Assembly: GCA_044229975.1 (NCBI GenBank)
Contig: JBGARZ010000004.1
Location: 32,001 to 96,000 of the forward strand
DNA from: Polyangiales bacterium
Lineage (GTDB): Bacteria > Myxococcota_A > Polyangia > Polyangiales > Ga0077539
Reading direction: 5' to 3'
Length of the DNA stretch: 64,000 nucleotides
This document shows positions 18,461 to 29,383 of the stretch, piece after piece. Numbering within the stretch: position 1 is the stretch's first letter; each line of letters begins with the position of its first letter. The notes below the pieces were generated by a model, which saw only the letters and a list, made by a program, of their open reading frames with translations, had not been told where the DNA came from and did not search any database. Position numbers and translations under genes: made by a program.

Positions 18461-18614
18461 CAGGGGCGCGAGAGTAGCGACTCGCGCGCGGCGGTCGCCA
18501 GCGGATTTCAACGCGGTGTCAGATCCCGGCGGGCTCCGTCGTCGAGGGCAACGAGGCGGCGGTGGATCTCTCATCACGGGAGACCGACGCGCTCGCCGGG
18601 AGGGTCTCACCCCG

Positions 18615-21600
18615 ATGCCATCGCAGCTTCCAGGCTCCGCGTCCCTCGTCGCCGTCGTCATCGCCACCAAGGACCGCGAGGCCGCGCTCGCCAACCGCGC
18701 CCTGCGCTCGGTGCTGGCGCAGACGCGCACCCCTGACCTCCTCGTCGTCGTCGACGACTCGCAGCCGCGCCATCGTGAGGCCAACCGTCGCATCGTCGAC
18801 GCAGTCATGGCGCCGCCCGGACGCACGATGCGGGTGCGCTATCTACGCAACGCCCGCACGCCGGGTGCGAGCGGCGCGTGGAATGTCGGCCTCGACTGGG
18901 TCCACCGTCAGGTCGACGACTGTGACCGGGTGATGGTCGCGATCCTCGACGACGACGACGGATGGGAGCCCGGCTACCTCGCCGCGTGCGCGGCGGCCGC
19001 CCACGAGCGGGGGCTCGACATGGTCGCCGCGGACATCGTGCGCCGCGACGGACCGGGCGACCCCGGCGAGGTGCAGCGCGCGCCGGACGAGCTCGTCGCC
19101 CGTGACTTCCTCGTCCGCAACCCCGGCATCCAGGGCTCGAACCTGTTCGTCCGTCTGAGCTCGCTGCTCGCCGCGGGACTCTTCGACGAAGCCCTCCCGA
19201 GCTGCACCGATCGAGACCTCTGCGTGCGCCTCGCGGACCTCGGCTTCGTCCGCTACGGTCGCCTCGCGGAGCCCCTCGTGCACCACTTCGCCGAGGGCGG
19301 TCGGCCTCGCCTGTCGAGGGCGGGCTCTCCGCCCAAGCTCGCTGGCCTCGATGGCTTCCATCGCAAGTACCACCGCCGGATGACGCCGTCCGAGCGGTCC
19401 GCGTTCAGTGAACGAGCAGGCCGCTTGTTTGGTTGGCAGGTGCCGTCGCCCGACGCCCCGACCGCGCTGGCCCTCCACCCCAAGTCGATCACGCCAGTCG
19501 ACGGTCGACCGCTCTCGCTCGTCGTCGGGATGACCACACGGTCCGTGGTCGGCCCGGCCCTCAAGGCACTCCTCGGCGACCTCAGCGGGCTCCGTGGTCA
19601 GGCCGGTCTGAGCTCCCTGGAGGTCATCGTCCTGGAGAACGGTCCGCGCGGCGCCGACAGCGGGGCCGACCTCGTGCGGTGGGTCGATGAGCTCCAGGCC
19701 CGAGGGCTCGACGTCGTCCTCGTCCCGATGGAGCGGCAGCGGGTCGATGCTGTCGCCGGTGCGTTCGGCCGGTCGTTCGAGCGCGGTGTCGGGCAGGCGA
19801 GCATCGCCGCCGCCCGCACCATGCTCCAGACCTACCTCTATCTCTGGGCGCAACGGCGCCCCGGCGCCGTCACATGGATCCTCGACGACGACATGCGCCT
19901 CGACAACCTCGTGTGGCAGGGCGGTTCTCGGGTGGATCGTTCCCCCTCGGACGTCGTCGGGACCCTGCGCCGTCTCCGCGAGACCGGCGTGGCTGTCGCG
20001 ATCGGGACCTGCACCGAGGCGCCGCCGCTACCCTTCGCGAGCTGCGTGCGAACCCAGCTCGTGGACGCCTGGCACAACATCGAGCTGCTCGCCTGCCTCG
20101 ACCCAGCCGATGTGTTCCCTGAACTGCTGGAGGAGAACATGGCGAACCGCGCTCGCTTCAGCGACTACTACTACGACCTCTCCCGCCGGGAGACCGACCA
20201 CCTCGAAACGCCCTTCTGGTACGTGCCCGACGGCGCGGGGCGCACGGCCCGTGACGTGTTCGCCGAGGTTGCCGCCCGCCTGCCGCGCATCCTCGCGGGC
20301 GAGCAGGTTTTCCGTCCGCTGGTGCAGGACGCTGCCGTCGACCCGCTCGACCACATGCAGCCCTCGGTGCACCGGGGCGGCAACACCTTCGTGTTCGACC
20401 CGGAGGCCCTCTGGGACTTCCCCAATGGGGTCCCGTCTGTCGAGGGCAACGACACCCGGCGATCGGACATGGTGTGGAGCCTGCTCAACCGCTACGGGGC
20501 GCGCCGAACGGTGGTGAAGGTGCCCCTGCCGGTGCGGCAGCAGCGGGCCGACGTGGAGACGCAATGCCTCGACCTCGACAAGCTCGCCCGCGACATCCAG
20601 GGCTACGCCATCTACTCGGCGCTCGACGACCTGCTCCTGGAACGGGGCGAGCGCCGCGGCGTGGCGGGAGGGGCACACCTGCCCGATGAGCTCGACCTCG
20701 ACGAGACCGAGGTCCGGTTCGCGACGAAGCGGTTCCGCAAATACCTCGACGAGCGGTTGTACTCGTTTGAGCTCAGCTTCCATCGCGCGGCGGGCCTCGT
20801 GCGGGCACTCACCCGCTTCCTCGACCCCCAAGGCGGCTGGTGGTGGTTTGCCGACGCCAGCCTCGCGGACGCGCGGGAGCACCTTCGCGTCGCCCTCACA
20901 CTCTTCAACGACGAGTACGTCCTGGCGCGGTTGGCGTCCTTCCGCGGGCGTGTGCTCGCGGTTGACGACGCGATCGTGCGTGAGTGGTTCGGCGCCCTCC
21001 GCGCGGAGATCGTTGCGCGTCGCACGCATGGAGTGCCCGTGGCTGACGCCGCCCGGTGGCTCGACGGCGAGCGCGGGCGGTGCTCGCTGCGTCGGCTTGA
21101 GCGCGCGGGGATTCCGGGGCTGCGGGTTCTGGGCTGCGGTGCGGAGGGCGTCGTGCTCACGGACGGCGTCAGGGTCTTCAAGCACTTCGACGCACGCCGC
21201 CTCGCGCCGGAGCAGCAGGCGTTTCTCTCCGCGCAGGTCGGTCGCTGGGCGGGGTTGAGCAGCCTCTACGACCTCAGTGAAGTGCGCCTCGTCGGGGCCG
21301 ACGTGGTGCTGACCTACCCCTACGAGCCATCGGTCCCATACCGCGGCGGGCACGGCGACGCGGTGCGAACCTTCCTGGCGGAGTGCCGCGCCGTCGGCGT
21401 GGTGTTCACCAACGTGCACCCCGACAACATGGTGGTGACCGAGGCCGGGGCGCTGAAGTTCGTCGACTACGGCGGTGACGTCCAGGCGTTGACCGAGGAG
21501 TCGTGGTGGTCGATGGCGCGCCGCGCCTGGCTCTCAGCCCGCCACGCGTCACACCCCGATCTGAAGGCGCTCCTTCGTGCCTCCGCCGACGATCCCGGAA

Positions 21601-22289
21601 TGCCCGAACTGGCTGGTCTGGAAGCGTTCTTGCGCGTCGATCCGCGGGCCAGGAAGGAGTCCCTCCTCGACGATCGCCTTGAGGCGCTGGTGATGGCGCA
21701 GGCTCCTCGACGAGTCTTCGACTACGGCTGCGGCCACGGGGCGCTCGCCCGATCCGTCAGCCGTGGCGGCGTCGATGTCATCGCGTACGACCCGGACCCT
21801 GCGCTCTCGGCTCGATGGGAGAGGGCAGGGCAGGGCGCGGTGCGATACCTCACCTCCGGGGAGCTACCCGCCGTCGCGCGGTCCTCCTTCGACGTGGTCG
21901 TGTGCGCGCTGGTGTTGTGTGTGATCGACGACGAGACCGAGCTCCACCGCGTCGCGGTCGAACTGACCTCGCTCCTGGCGCCAGAGGGGCATCTCCTGGT
22001 CGCCGTCTGCAACCCCCATCACGTGGGGCGCGGGACCTGCCTCCAACACCGCGAACCGCCCGTCGACGACGCCGTCACCTGCGTCACCTGGAAGACGCTG
22101 CGCTCGACCAACAAGCGTCGACGGGACGTCCATCGACCGCTCTCTACGCTGCGGAGGATGTTCGGAGAGCTCGGCATGGAGATCGTTGCTACCGAGGAGA
22201 CGGCGGCGTTCGATCCCGACACGCTGGAGCCGTCCTCGGACTTCCTCATCCTCGACCTCGCACGCGCGACCACCGGAGGGACACGATGA
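18615..22289 (+). CDS. Multidomain GT2 - second GT-A - kinase-like - class I SAM methyltransferase fusion
   Basis: [40 protein letters not shown]...FK...NVHPDN...[14 protein letters not shown]. Confidence 0.85.
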   Translation: MPSQLPGSASLVAVVIATKDREAALANRALRSVLAQTRTPDLLVVVDDSQPRHREANRRIVDAVMAPPGRTMRVRYLRNARTPGASGAWNVGLDWVHRQVDDCDRVMVAILDDDDGWEPGYLAACAAAAHERGLDMVAADIVRRDGPGDPGEVQRAPDELVARDFLVRNPGIQGSNLFVRLSSLLAAGLFDEALPSCTDRDLCVRLADLGFVRYGRLAEPLVHHFAEGGRPRLSRAGSPPKLAGLDGFHRKYHRRMTPSERSAFSERAGRLFGWQVPSPDAPTALALHPKSITPVDGRPLSLVVGMTTRSVVGPALKALLGDLSGLRGQAGLSSLEVIVLENGPRGADSGADLVRWVDELQARGLDVVLVPMERQRVDAVAGAFGRSFERGVGQASIAAARTMLQTYLYLWAQRRPGAVTWILDDDMRLDNLVWQGGSRVDRSPSDVVGTLRRLRETGVAVAIGTCTEAPPLPFASCVRTQLVDAWHNIELLACLDPADVFPELLEENMANRARFSDYYYDLSRRETDHLETPFWYVPDGAGRTARDVFAEVAARLPRILAGEQVFRPLVQDAAVDPLDHMQPSVHRGGNTFVFDPEALWDFPNGVPSVEGNDTRRSDMVWSLLNRYGARRTVVKVPLPVRQQRADVETQCLDLDKLARDIQGYAIYSALDDLLLERGERRGVAGGAHLPDELDLDETEVRFATKRFRKYLDERLYSFELSFHRAAGLVRALTRFLDPQGGWWWFADASLADAREHLRVALTLFNDEYVLARLASFRGRVLAVDDAIVREWFGALRAEIVARRTHGVPVADAARWLDGERGRCSLRRLERAGIPGLRVLGCGAEGVVLTDGVRVFKHFDARRLAPEQQAFLSAQVGRWAGLSSLYDLSEVRLVGADVVLTYPYEPSVPYRGGHGDAVRTFLAECRAVGVVFTNVHPDNMVVTEAGALKFVDYGGDVQALTEESWWSMARRAWLSARHASHPDLKALLRASADDPGMPELAGLEAFLRVDPRARKESLLDDRLEALVMAQAPRRVFDYGCGHGALARSVSRGGVDVIAYDPDPALSARWERAGQGAVRYLTSGELPAVARSSFDVVVCALVLCVIDDETELHRVAVELTSLLAPEGHLLVAVCNPHHVGRGTCLQHREPPVDDAVTCVTWKTLRSTNKRRRDVHRPLSTLRRMFGELGMEIVATEETAAFDPDTLEPSSDFLILDLARATTGGTR

Positions 22290-22834
22290 GCGCTACGCGC
22301 CGTCCAGTGGCCGCCGTGATCGGCGACGCCCGTGCCGACGAGGACGACCTGCGGGTCGCCGAAGCGCTCGGCGTCGCCTTGGTGGATGGAGGATTCCGCG
22401 TCGTCACCGGAGGGCTCGGCGGGGTGATGCGAGCCGCCTCGCGCGGCGCCCGATCGGCCGCCGGACATCAGCCGGGCGACGTCATCGGCGTGCTTCCCAC
22501 CTACTCGGCCGACGACGCCAATGAGTTCGTCGAGGTGGTGATCTGCACGGGCCTCAACCACGCTCGCAACATCGTGGTCGTGGCGAGCGCGGACGTCGTC
22601 TTCGCGCTAGGCGGAAAGAGCGGAACCCTCAGCGAGATCGCGTTCGCGTGGAAGCTCGGCAAGCCCATCATCGCGGTGGGGGCTGCTCCGGGCTGGGCCT
22701 CGCGAGTCGCGGGTGCGCCCATCGACGACCGTCGCGAGGACCAGGTGCATGGTCCCCTCGTGCCTGCGGAGGCCGTGGTTCTCGGGAGAGAACTCCTGAC
22801 CCGTCCTCGCACAAAGCCAGCGAGCTTCGGGTGA
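22286..22834 (+). CDS. SLOG/LOG-family protein (TIGR00725-like)
   Basis: [32 protein letters not shown]...KP; ATGA overlap. Confidence 0.9.
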   Translation: MSATRRPVAAVIGDARADEDDLRVAEALGVALVDGGFRVVTGGLGGVMRAASRGARSAAGHQPGDVIGVLPTYSADDANEFVEVVICTGLNHARNIVVVASADVVFALGGKSGTLSEIAFAWKLGKPIIAVGAAPGWASRVAGAPIDDRREDQVHGPLVPAEAVVLGRELLTRPRTKPASFG

Positions 22835-23739
22835 GCGCTCCCCTTGTGATCCTCTGCTACCACCGGGTTCTCCCCGAGACCGAGCGTGCGGGCGCGGGCC
22901 GTCCCTACTTCACGCGCGGCACCGCCGTGAGCGAACAGACTTTCTCCGCCCAGATGCGCGCTGTCGCCGAGCGCTTCGACGTGCTCTCGGAGCCTGAGGT
23001 TCTCGCGTGGCGACGAGGCGAGCGCGAGCTGTCCCGCCCGTCGTGTTGGATCACCTTCGACGACGGCTATCGCGACGTGATCGAGCGCGCGGTGCCAACC
23101 CTGGCGCGCCTCGGGCTACCCGCGACGGTGTTTGTCACCACGGGCCTGCTTGGAGACCCCACGCGCTGGCTCCCGGCCGATCTCTGGTACGCAGTGCTGA
23201 GCCGCGCCACCCGAACCCGCGGGGTCATGCGAGGCGTCGACGGAGAACGGGTGATCGTCGATCTGACCGCCGACCATGGGCGGTGGGTCGACGGACCCGA
23301 GCGTCGCAACTACCTGCGGGCCTCGGCGGTCGAACAGCGGCGGACGATCGGCGAGCTCGCCGAGGCGCTCAGGGCAGCCTTGCCCGAGGTGCCCGAACTC
23401 TACCTATCGGCAACCGACCTGATCGCGCTGAAGCGCCTGCGTTGGACCGTCGGCGGTCACGGCCACACCCACGCGATACTGCCCCGGATTTCGAGTGACG
23501 ATCTGTTGCGAGAGGTGGTTGCACCGCGCGAGACGCTGTCGGCGCTGGGGCTGACGCCGCGTGTGTTCGCTCATCCCGACGGCGCGCATGACGCTCGCGT
23601 TGCAGCGGCCACATCCGCGGCGGGTTGGGACGTCGCCCTCGCGCTGGAGGGGCGGCCGGCCAACCGCTCGGACCATTCGCTGGCGCTACCCAGGTTCATT
23701 CCCCCTGATGATCCGCATTGGATCGAGCAGCACTTGTAA
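22831..23739 (+). CDS. Polysaccharide deacetylase (CE4)
   Basis: [38 protein letters not shown] overlap. Confidence 0.9.
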   Translation: MSAPLVILCYHRVLPETERAGAGRPYFTRGTAVSEQTFSAQMRAVAERFDVLSEPEVLAWRRGERELSRPSCWITFDDGYRDVIERAVPTLARLGLPATVFVTTGLLGDPTRWLPADLWYAVLSRATRTRGVMRGVDGERVIVDLTADHGRWVDGPERRNYLRASAVEQRRTIGELAEALRAALPEVPELYLSATDLIALKRLRWTVGGHGHTHAILPRISSDDLLREVVAPRETLSALGLTPRVFAHPDGAHDARVAAATSAAGWDVALALEGRPANRSDHSLALPRFIPPDDPHWIEQHL

Positions 23740-23819
23740 ACCGCTGTGGGCCCGACGAGCGCATTGACGCCGGTGTCCCGCGCGTCCGATCGTCGACCGG
23801 AAAGGGAAGGGAGCACCCG

Positions 23820-26540
23820 ATGCACAGCTATGAAGAAGCCGAGTTCGCGCGCAAGGTGGAGGCGGCCCTCGCGCGGGTTCGCACGGTGCTCGATCGCACC
23901 CGCGACCCGCGGTCGCCCGACGACGTCCCGCACTCGTATGGGGACAAGTTCCTGCTCGCGGAGTTTCTCGGCCGCGCGACGGTGGCGTCGCTGCTGCTCT
24001 GCCTCGAAAACCTCGGACTCGACCACGACGGCCTCGCGAAGCTCCTGGCGTGGGCGGCCACGCGCTCGGTCACCCTGCGGCTGCGGTCGCGGGAGGAGTG
24101 CGCGTTCGTGCGCGAGGTCGTCCGCAAGGTCGAGGGTCCCGAGGAGCACGTCACCGAGGTGCGCGGGTTTCTCGGGGCGAAGACGACCCGCAGCGAGAAG
24201 ATCGTCACCACCATCACCGAGTACCTCTGGAGCTACGAAGCCCGCTACGAGCTCGTGGCCTTCCAGGGCGCCGACCCGAGCGACGCGCTGGTGCTCGCGT
24301 CGCGCGCCGGGCGCATCGAGATCAAGACCGCCACCAACGTGACGCCGCGGCCGCGCTCGGTCGTTCGCCCCAACATCGACCTCAACCTCGCGTGGCTCCT
24401 CCGGCAGATCGACGACGCCGGGCGCGCCGCCTTCGCCATCGAACGCGCCGACGCCGCCTGCCACACCCCGCGGCGCAACCCGCAGGTCGACGAGGCCTTC
24501 CAGGCCGTCGGGGAGTTCGACGCATGGTGCGCGGCCGTCGCGGTGCACTTCCGTCTGGCGGTCTTTCCCGCCCACGCGGGCCACGGGCTCGACCTCGCCG
24601 CCATCAACGCCGCCGAGGTGTTCGTCCCGGTGGTTCCGTTGTTCGACCAGGGCGCCGGCGGTGAGCTGCTGCCGGTCGGGCACCTCGGGGCCTTCCTCGA
24701 CGAAGAGCGCCGCAGCCTCGCGGAGAAGTGCGCGAGCATCGACGCCGCGTTTCCCCAAGACGGGACGGTGATCACCGCGCACGAGGCCCGGCTGCTGGTC
24801 ACCGTGCTGCACGCGCAGGAGGTGTGTCGCCACTTCGCCGCGGGCGTGGACTTCATCGAGGCGATGCTCCGCGCGCAGCTCGTCGCGGCCATCGGCAAGG
24901 AGCTCACGCCCGCGGAGTTCGCGGACTACATGACCTTCCACCACCGCAAGCTGTTCAAGCCCGAGTACCGGCCGCAGCCCTTCTCCTACGCGGTGCGCCG
25001 ACCCGACCACGACCCGGAGGGCAACGTCAGCATCGAGGCGGATGGCGGGAGCGGGGTGGCTGATCCCGTTCCGACCATCGTGACGCGGCGAGAGGCGACG
25101 CGGCCCATGAGCTTCGCCCTCGACGCTTCTACCCGCGTGTCCTTTCTCGGCGAGCGCTACCTGCACGCGTGGGTGGCGCACCAGTTCTCCGGGCGCACCG
25201 ACCTCGCGCTGTCGCTCGTCGCCAGGGCGAGGCAGTTCAGCAGCTTCCTGCTCCTCGTCGGCCGCGTCGCCTCGGCCGACTCCTTCGACCCGCGCTTCGG
25301 CATCATCGTCCAGAACAAGGACCTGCTCACCATCCCGCTGCTGTTGGAGCAGATCCCGACGCCGAAGGAATTTCGCGACGCCATCGAGTCGCTGTCGCCG
25401 GAGCAGCAGCGCTTCGCCAGGGCGTTTCGCGGGATGCAGTTGGAGAGCACGCTCTTCGGCGTGTGCGTGGTGCAGATCAAGCCGCAGTTGGAGCGGCTGC
25501 TGAAGCTCCCGCCCGACAGCCTCACCAAGGAGATCAAGCTCACGCAAGACCTCCTCGGGCTCTTCATGGAGCACCAGATTCCGAGCGACCTGCTCTCCTA
25601 CGACGGCCCGGCGGAGGCGGAGGCCGCGTACAAGCTGGCGCGCGTGACCGAGTACGTCGGCCGCATGCACAACGTCATCAACGCGGCGAAGCAGCGGGAG
25701 CTCGACGAGGCGCGGGAGCGGGAGGCGTACCGCCTGGCGGAGCTCAACCGCACGCCCGTCGTGCAGGCAGCGCCGATGTTCGCGCCGCCCGGGTACGGTG
25801 GACCGCCGCCCTCCTTCGGTGGGCCACCATCATCGGCCCCGTATCCGTCGGCGCCGATGATGATGGTGGGTGGACCGCCGCCCGCTCCGGCGCCGATGCC
25901 GGTGCCCATGCCAATGATGGAGATGGAGTTCGAGCGCTCCACGATGGCTGCGCCTTCGCAGGCCACCGGCGCCGCGGTGCTGCCGCCACGGCCCGAAGCC
26001 GCCGCGCCTCCCGCGCAGTCCGCGACTTCTTCCGAGCGGTCCGACGCGCCCTCTGTCGACGACGACCAGCCCGACTACACCCGCATCCCGGCCGCCCTCG
26101 ACCGGAAGTTCGACGAGCTCGATGAGGACGGCGCGCTGCGCCCGACGATCGTCGGCGTCGACGACGTGTGGACCCGCCGCTCGCAGAAGTCACTGCTCGC
26201 CGAGCCGGCCGAGGAGGTCCTCGGCCCGGACGAGCAGAAGACCGAGCGGTCGCGGGCCTTCGACCTCCTCGACGCGCTCACCAAGTCGGGCGCGATTCCG
26301 CTGGAGCACGCGAGCCTGCACGTCGTCATCGCCGCCACGCACTGCTTCGACGACACGCTGCTCGACACGGTGATCCGCCGCAACGTGAACCCCGTCGAGC
26401 GGGTCGAGCGCTCGTCGGTCATCGTCGCCACCACCATCCACAACCGCGCGGCCGCCGAGCTGCTCGCCGACGACCAGCGCGAGAGGTTCTTGAGCGGCTC
26501 ACCGAAGCTCCGCATCGCCGCGCCTGACGCCGACAAGTAG
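23820..26540 (+). CDS. Large hypothetical protein with a Pro/Met-rich linker
   Basis: About 900-aa ORF with strong high-GC codon bias and a GGAG RBS; no recognisable catalytic motif. Confidence 0.8.
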   Translation: MHSYEEAEFARKVEAALARVRTVLDRTRDPRSPDDVPHSYGDKFLLAEFLGRATVASLLLCLENLGLDHDGLAKLLAWAATRSVTLRLRSREECAFVREVVRKVEGPEEHVTEVRGFLGAKTTRSEKIVTTITEYLWSYEARYELVAFQGADPSDALVLASRAGRIEIKTATNVTPRPRSVVRPNIDLNLAWLLRQIDDAGRAAFAIERADAACHTPRRNPQVDEAFQAVGEFDAWCAAVAVHFRLAVFPAHAGHGLDLAAINAAEVFVPVVPLFDQGAGGELLPVGHLGAFLDEERRSLAEKCASIDAAFPQDGTVITAHEARLLVTVLHAQEVCRHFAAGVDFIEAMLRAQLVAAIGKELTPAEFADYMTFHHRKLFKPEYRPQPFSYAVRRPDHDPEGNVSIEADGGSGVADPVPTIVTRREATRPMSFALDASTRVSFLGERYLHAWVAHQFSGRTDLALSLVARARQFSSFLLLVGRVASADSFDPRFGIIVQNKDLLTIPLLLEQIPTPKEFRDAIESLSPEQQRFARAFRGMQLESTLFGVCVVQIKPQLERLLKLPPDSLTKEIKLTQDLLGLFMEHQIPSDLLSYDGPAEAEAAYKLARVTEYVGRMHNVINAAKQRELDEAREREAYRLAELNRTPVVQAAPMFAPPGYGGPPPSFGGPPSSAPYPSAPMMMVGGPPPAPAPMPVPMPMMEMEFERSTMAAPSQATGAAVLPPRPEAAAPPAQSATSSERSDAPSVDDDQPDYTRIPAALDRKFDELDEDGALRPTIVGVDDVWTRRSQKSLLAEPAEEVLGPDEQKTERSRAFDLLDALTKSGAIPLEHASLHVVIAATHCFDDTLLDTVIRRNVNPVERVERSSVIVATTIHNRAAAELLADDQRERFLSGSPKLRIAAPDADK

Positions 26541-26561
26541 CGCCCAAGGTTGCCGGTCCTG

Positions 26562-26601
26562 GCGCCCGTCGCCGCGCACTGAAGTACGCGGCGACGGGCG
26601 C
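26562..26601. terminator. 15-bp perfect GC-rich hairpin after the large hypothetical gene
   Basis: gcgcccgtcgccgcg-N10-cgcggcgacgggcgc; no U-tract. Confidence 0.55.
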
Positions 26602-26641
26602 GGTGACGCCTCCTCCGACCACCACCGCCCTCTGCCCACGC

Positions 26642-26671
26642 TTGACACTCCCGCGGGGTCGCCCGTAGGTT
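26642..26671 (+). promoter_or_regulatory. Candidate sigma70 promoter of rho
   Basis: TTGACA-N18-TAGGTT about 300 bp upstream of the rho start. Confidence 0.5.
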
Positions 26672-26975
26672 CCGCCGCCGCTCGTCACGCCGTCACGGCA
26701 CTGCCCATTCCACTGCTCCGCACGATCCTTCGGGCGCTCAACGGGTCCCCCGACCCGCCCCACCGTTCTGCCCGACCGCACCCTCCACGAGACCCCTCCA
26801 GAGATGCACCGATCCGACGACGCAGGGACGCATTGCCACCTCCGACGACGCGCGAGCGTGGGCCCTGACACCGTCGACCTTTCGCTTCGCGGTTCTTCGC
26901 GGCGGCGGTCGACACTCCCCCGATGACCGCGCGGGCCACGCAGTAGCGCCCGGCGGCAGTTTCGAAAGAGAGACG

Positions 26976-28232
26976 ATGGACGCAATCAACCTCCGCGAAC
27001 TCAAGCAGAAGCCGATGCCCGAACTCCTCGCCATGGCGAAGGAGCTCACCATCGAAAACGCCCCCGGCCTCCGCAAGCAGGAGCTCATCTTCGCGCTCCT
27101 CCAGGCGCACTCGGCCCGCAAGGGCGAGGTGACCGCCGAGGGCGTGCTCGAGTGCCTCCCCGACGGCTTCGGCTTCCTCCGCGCGCAGGACTACAACTAC
27201 CTCCCCGGCCCCGACGACATCTACGTCTCGCCGTCGCAGATCCGCCGCTTCAACCTCCGCACCGGCGACTCCGTGGTCGGCACCGTCCGCCCGCCGCGCG
27301 ACAACGAGCGCTACTTCGCGCTCCTCAAGGTCGACCGCATCAACTTCGAGACCCCCGAAGCGGCCCGCGACAAGATCCTCTTCGACAACCTCACGCCGCT
27401 CTACCCCCAGCAGCGCTTCAACCTCGAGCACGACCGCAAGAACAACTCGACCCGCATCATCGACCTGCTGGTCCCGATCGGGAAGGGTCAGCGCTGCCTC
27501 ATCGTCTCGCCGCCGCGCGCGGGCAAGACGGTGCTCATGCAGAACATCGCCAACGCCATCAGCACCAACCACCCCGACGCCAAGCTCATCGTGCTGCTCA
27601 TCGACGAGCGGCCCGAGGAGGTCACCGACATGCAGCGCTCGGTGAAGGGCGAGGTCGTCTCCAGCACCTTCGACGAGCCCGCCACGCGCCACGTCCAGGT
27701 CGCCGAGATGGTGATCGAGAAGGCCAAGCGCCTCGTCGAGCACAAGCACGACGTCATCATCCTCCTCGACTCCATCACGCGCCTCGCCCGCGCCTACAAC
27801 ACGGTCGTCCCGGCCTCCGGGAAGATCCTGTCGGGCGGCGTCGACGCCAACGCGCTACACAAGCCCAAGCGCTTCTTCGGCGCGGCCCGCAACCTCGAAG
27901 AGGGCGGCTCGCTCACCATCATCGCCACGGCCCTCGTCGACACCGGGTCGCGCATGGACGAAGTGATCTTCGAGGAGTTCAAGGGGACGGGCAACAGCGA
28001 GATCCACCTCGATCGCAAGCTGATGGAGAAGCGCATCTTCCCGTGCCTCGACATCAACAAGTCGGCGACCCGCAAGGAGGAGCTGCTGCTGCCCGAGTTC
28101 ACGCTCCAGCGCGTGTGGCTGCTGCGTCAGCTCCTGCACCCGCTCAACGTCATCGACTCGATGGAATTCCTGCTCGACAAGGTGAACCGCACCGAGAGCA
28201 ACCGGGAGTTCCTTGAGTCGATGAACCAGTAA
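26976..28232 (+). CDS. rho: Transcription termination factor Rho
   Basis: [54 protein letters not shown]. Confidence 0.99.
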   Translation: MDAINLRELKQKPMPELLAMAKELTIENAPGLRKQELIFALLQAHSARKGEVTAEGVLECLPDGFGFLRAQDYNYLPGPDDIYVSPSQIRRFNLRTGDSVVGTVRPPRDNERYFALLKVDRINFETPEAARDKILFDNLTPLYPQQRFNLEHDRKNNSTRIIDLLVPIGKGQRCLIVSPPRAGKTVLMQNIANAISTNHPDAKLIVLLIDERPEEVTDMQRSVKGEVVSSTFDEPATRHVQVAEMVIEKAKRLVEHKHDVIILLDSITRLARAYNTVVPASGKILSGGVDANALHKPKRFFGAARNLEEGGSLTIIATALVDTGSRMDEVIFEEFKGTGNSEIHLDRKLMEKRIFPCLDINKSATRKEELLLPEFTLQRVWLLRQLLHPLNVIDSMEFLLDKVNRTESNREFLESMNQ

Positions 28233-28262
28233 TCGTCGACGCGAAGGTCGACCATCGAAGGG

Positions 28263-28292
28263 GCGGGGTGAGGTTCAATGGACTCACCCCGC
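28263..28292. terminator. Hairpin between the convergent rho and small lipoprotein genes
   Basis: gcggggtgag-N10-ctcaccccgc followed by pyrimidine-rich tcttctcattt. Confidence 0.7.
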
Positions 28293-28305
28293 TCTTCTCA
28301 TTTCG

Positions 28306-28590
28306 TCAGAACGGGATGCCCGCGCAGTTGCCCGCGCAGGTGAAGACCGAGCCCGCGCACGAGTTGCCGTCGGTGCACGCCTGGCAGGTGTCGACCCGGC
28401 GGTCGTTGTCGTCGCTGTTGGCGGCGTAGTCGCGGCAGCGCGTGGCGCAGGCGCTGGCGTCGTAGCTCGAACCGCCGAGGCAGTCCTTGTACTTGCCACA
28501 GATGCCGGAGCAGTCGGCGGCGCGGTCGATGGCGGTGCAGCCCGTGGCGGCAGAGAGGGCGAGAAGTGAGGCGAGGAGGAGGATCTTCAT
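28306..28590 (-). CDS. Small Cys-rich lipoprotein
   Basis: MKILLLASLLALSAATGC lipobox; CxxxC helical repeats. Confidence 0.85.
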   Translation of the reverse strand: MKILLLASLLALSAATGCTAIDRAADCSGICGKYKDCLGGSSYDASACATRCRDYAANSDDNDRRVDTCQACTDGNSCAGSVFTCAGNCAGIPF

Positions 28591-28801
28591 GCGATCCCCT
28601 TGAGCACCCGGTGTGCCACTCGCGCCAACGGTGGGCGTGATCGGTGCGCGCCGCGCTGGCGCCGCGGCGTGGGCCGTGGGGCCGCTCGCGACCTGACGCG
28701 CGCCCCCGACGTCAGCCCGGTGGTTGACGTCCGCCGCCCGGGCCGTTGTATCTAGCGCACCCCACTGCTTCCAAACTGCCTCACCTGGAGACTTTCTCAC
28801 C

Positions 28802-29383
28802 GTGCACACCTCATCGCGTTGGCGGCGCTGGAGCGCCACCCTGGCCCTCGGCCTCTGCCTCTCCTTCGCCGCTCCTGTTGAGGCCACCGTCGCGGTGCAG
28901 ATGTCTCGCGCTGAGCTCGTCGCCCAGTCCGACGTCATCGTCCGCGCCACCGTCGTCGGCGTCACCAGCCGCTGGAACGAAGACCAGTCCCAGATCATCT
29001 CCCTCACCACCCTGCGCGTCACCGAGACCGTGAAGGGCGTCGCCGTGGAGTCGCAGCTCACCCTCCGTCAGCTCGGCGGTGAGGTCGACGGGCTCGTCTC
29101 GCGCATCGCCGGCAACCCGGTGTTCAACCAGGGTCAGGAGGCGGTGTTCTTCCTGCGCCGCGGCCCCGGCGTCGTGTACCTCACCGGCCTCGCGCAGGCC
29201 GTCTACTACGTCGACCAGCGCGCCGACGGCACGGCCCTCGTGCACCGCGACCTCCACGGCCTGACCTTCGCGCAGCTCACCTCGGGGGCGCCGATGCGGA
29301 TGTACGAGGCGCCCGACGAGGCCCCCGAGTCGCTCCAGCACCTGCGCGACGACGTGCGCTCGCTCGCCGGGGGAGCCCGCTGA
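28802..29383 (+). CDS. Secreted protein coupled to the matrixin gene
   Basis: Signal peptide; ELVAQSDVIVRATV...LGGEVDG; TGATG overlap with the next gene. Confidence 0.75.
   Translation: MHTSSRWRRWSATLALGLCLSFAAPVEATVAVQMSRAELVAQSDVIVRATVVGVTSRWNEDQSQIISLTTLRVTETVKGVAVESQLTLRQLGGEVDGLVSRIAGNPVFNQGQEAVFFLRRGPGVVYLTGLAQAVYYVDQRADGTALVHRDLHGLTFAQLTSGAPMRMYEAPDEAPESLQHLRDDVRSLAGGAR

Noticed and set aside
18521..18569. Structured RNA upstream of the DUF3800 gene (AGATCC...GGATCT stem)
   Set aside because: Pairing is short and imperfect for such GC-rich DNA; cannot be supported without a covariance search.
1..26540. Prophage or integrative element boundaries for the accessory region
   Set aside because: No integrase, tRNA, att repeats or phage structural genes seen in the window.
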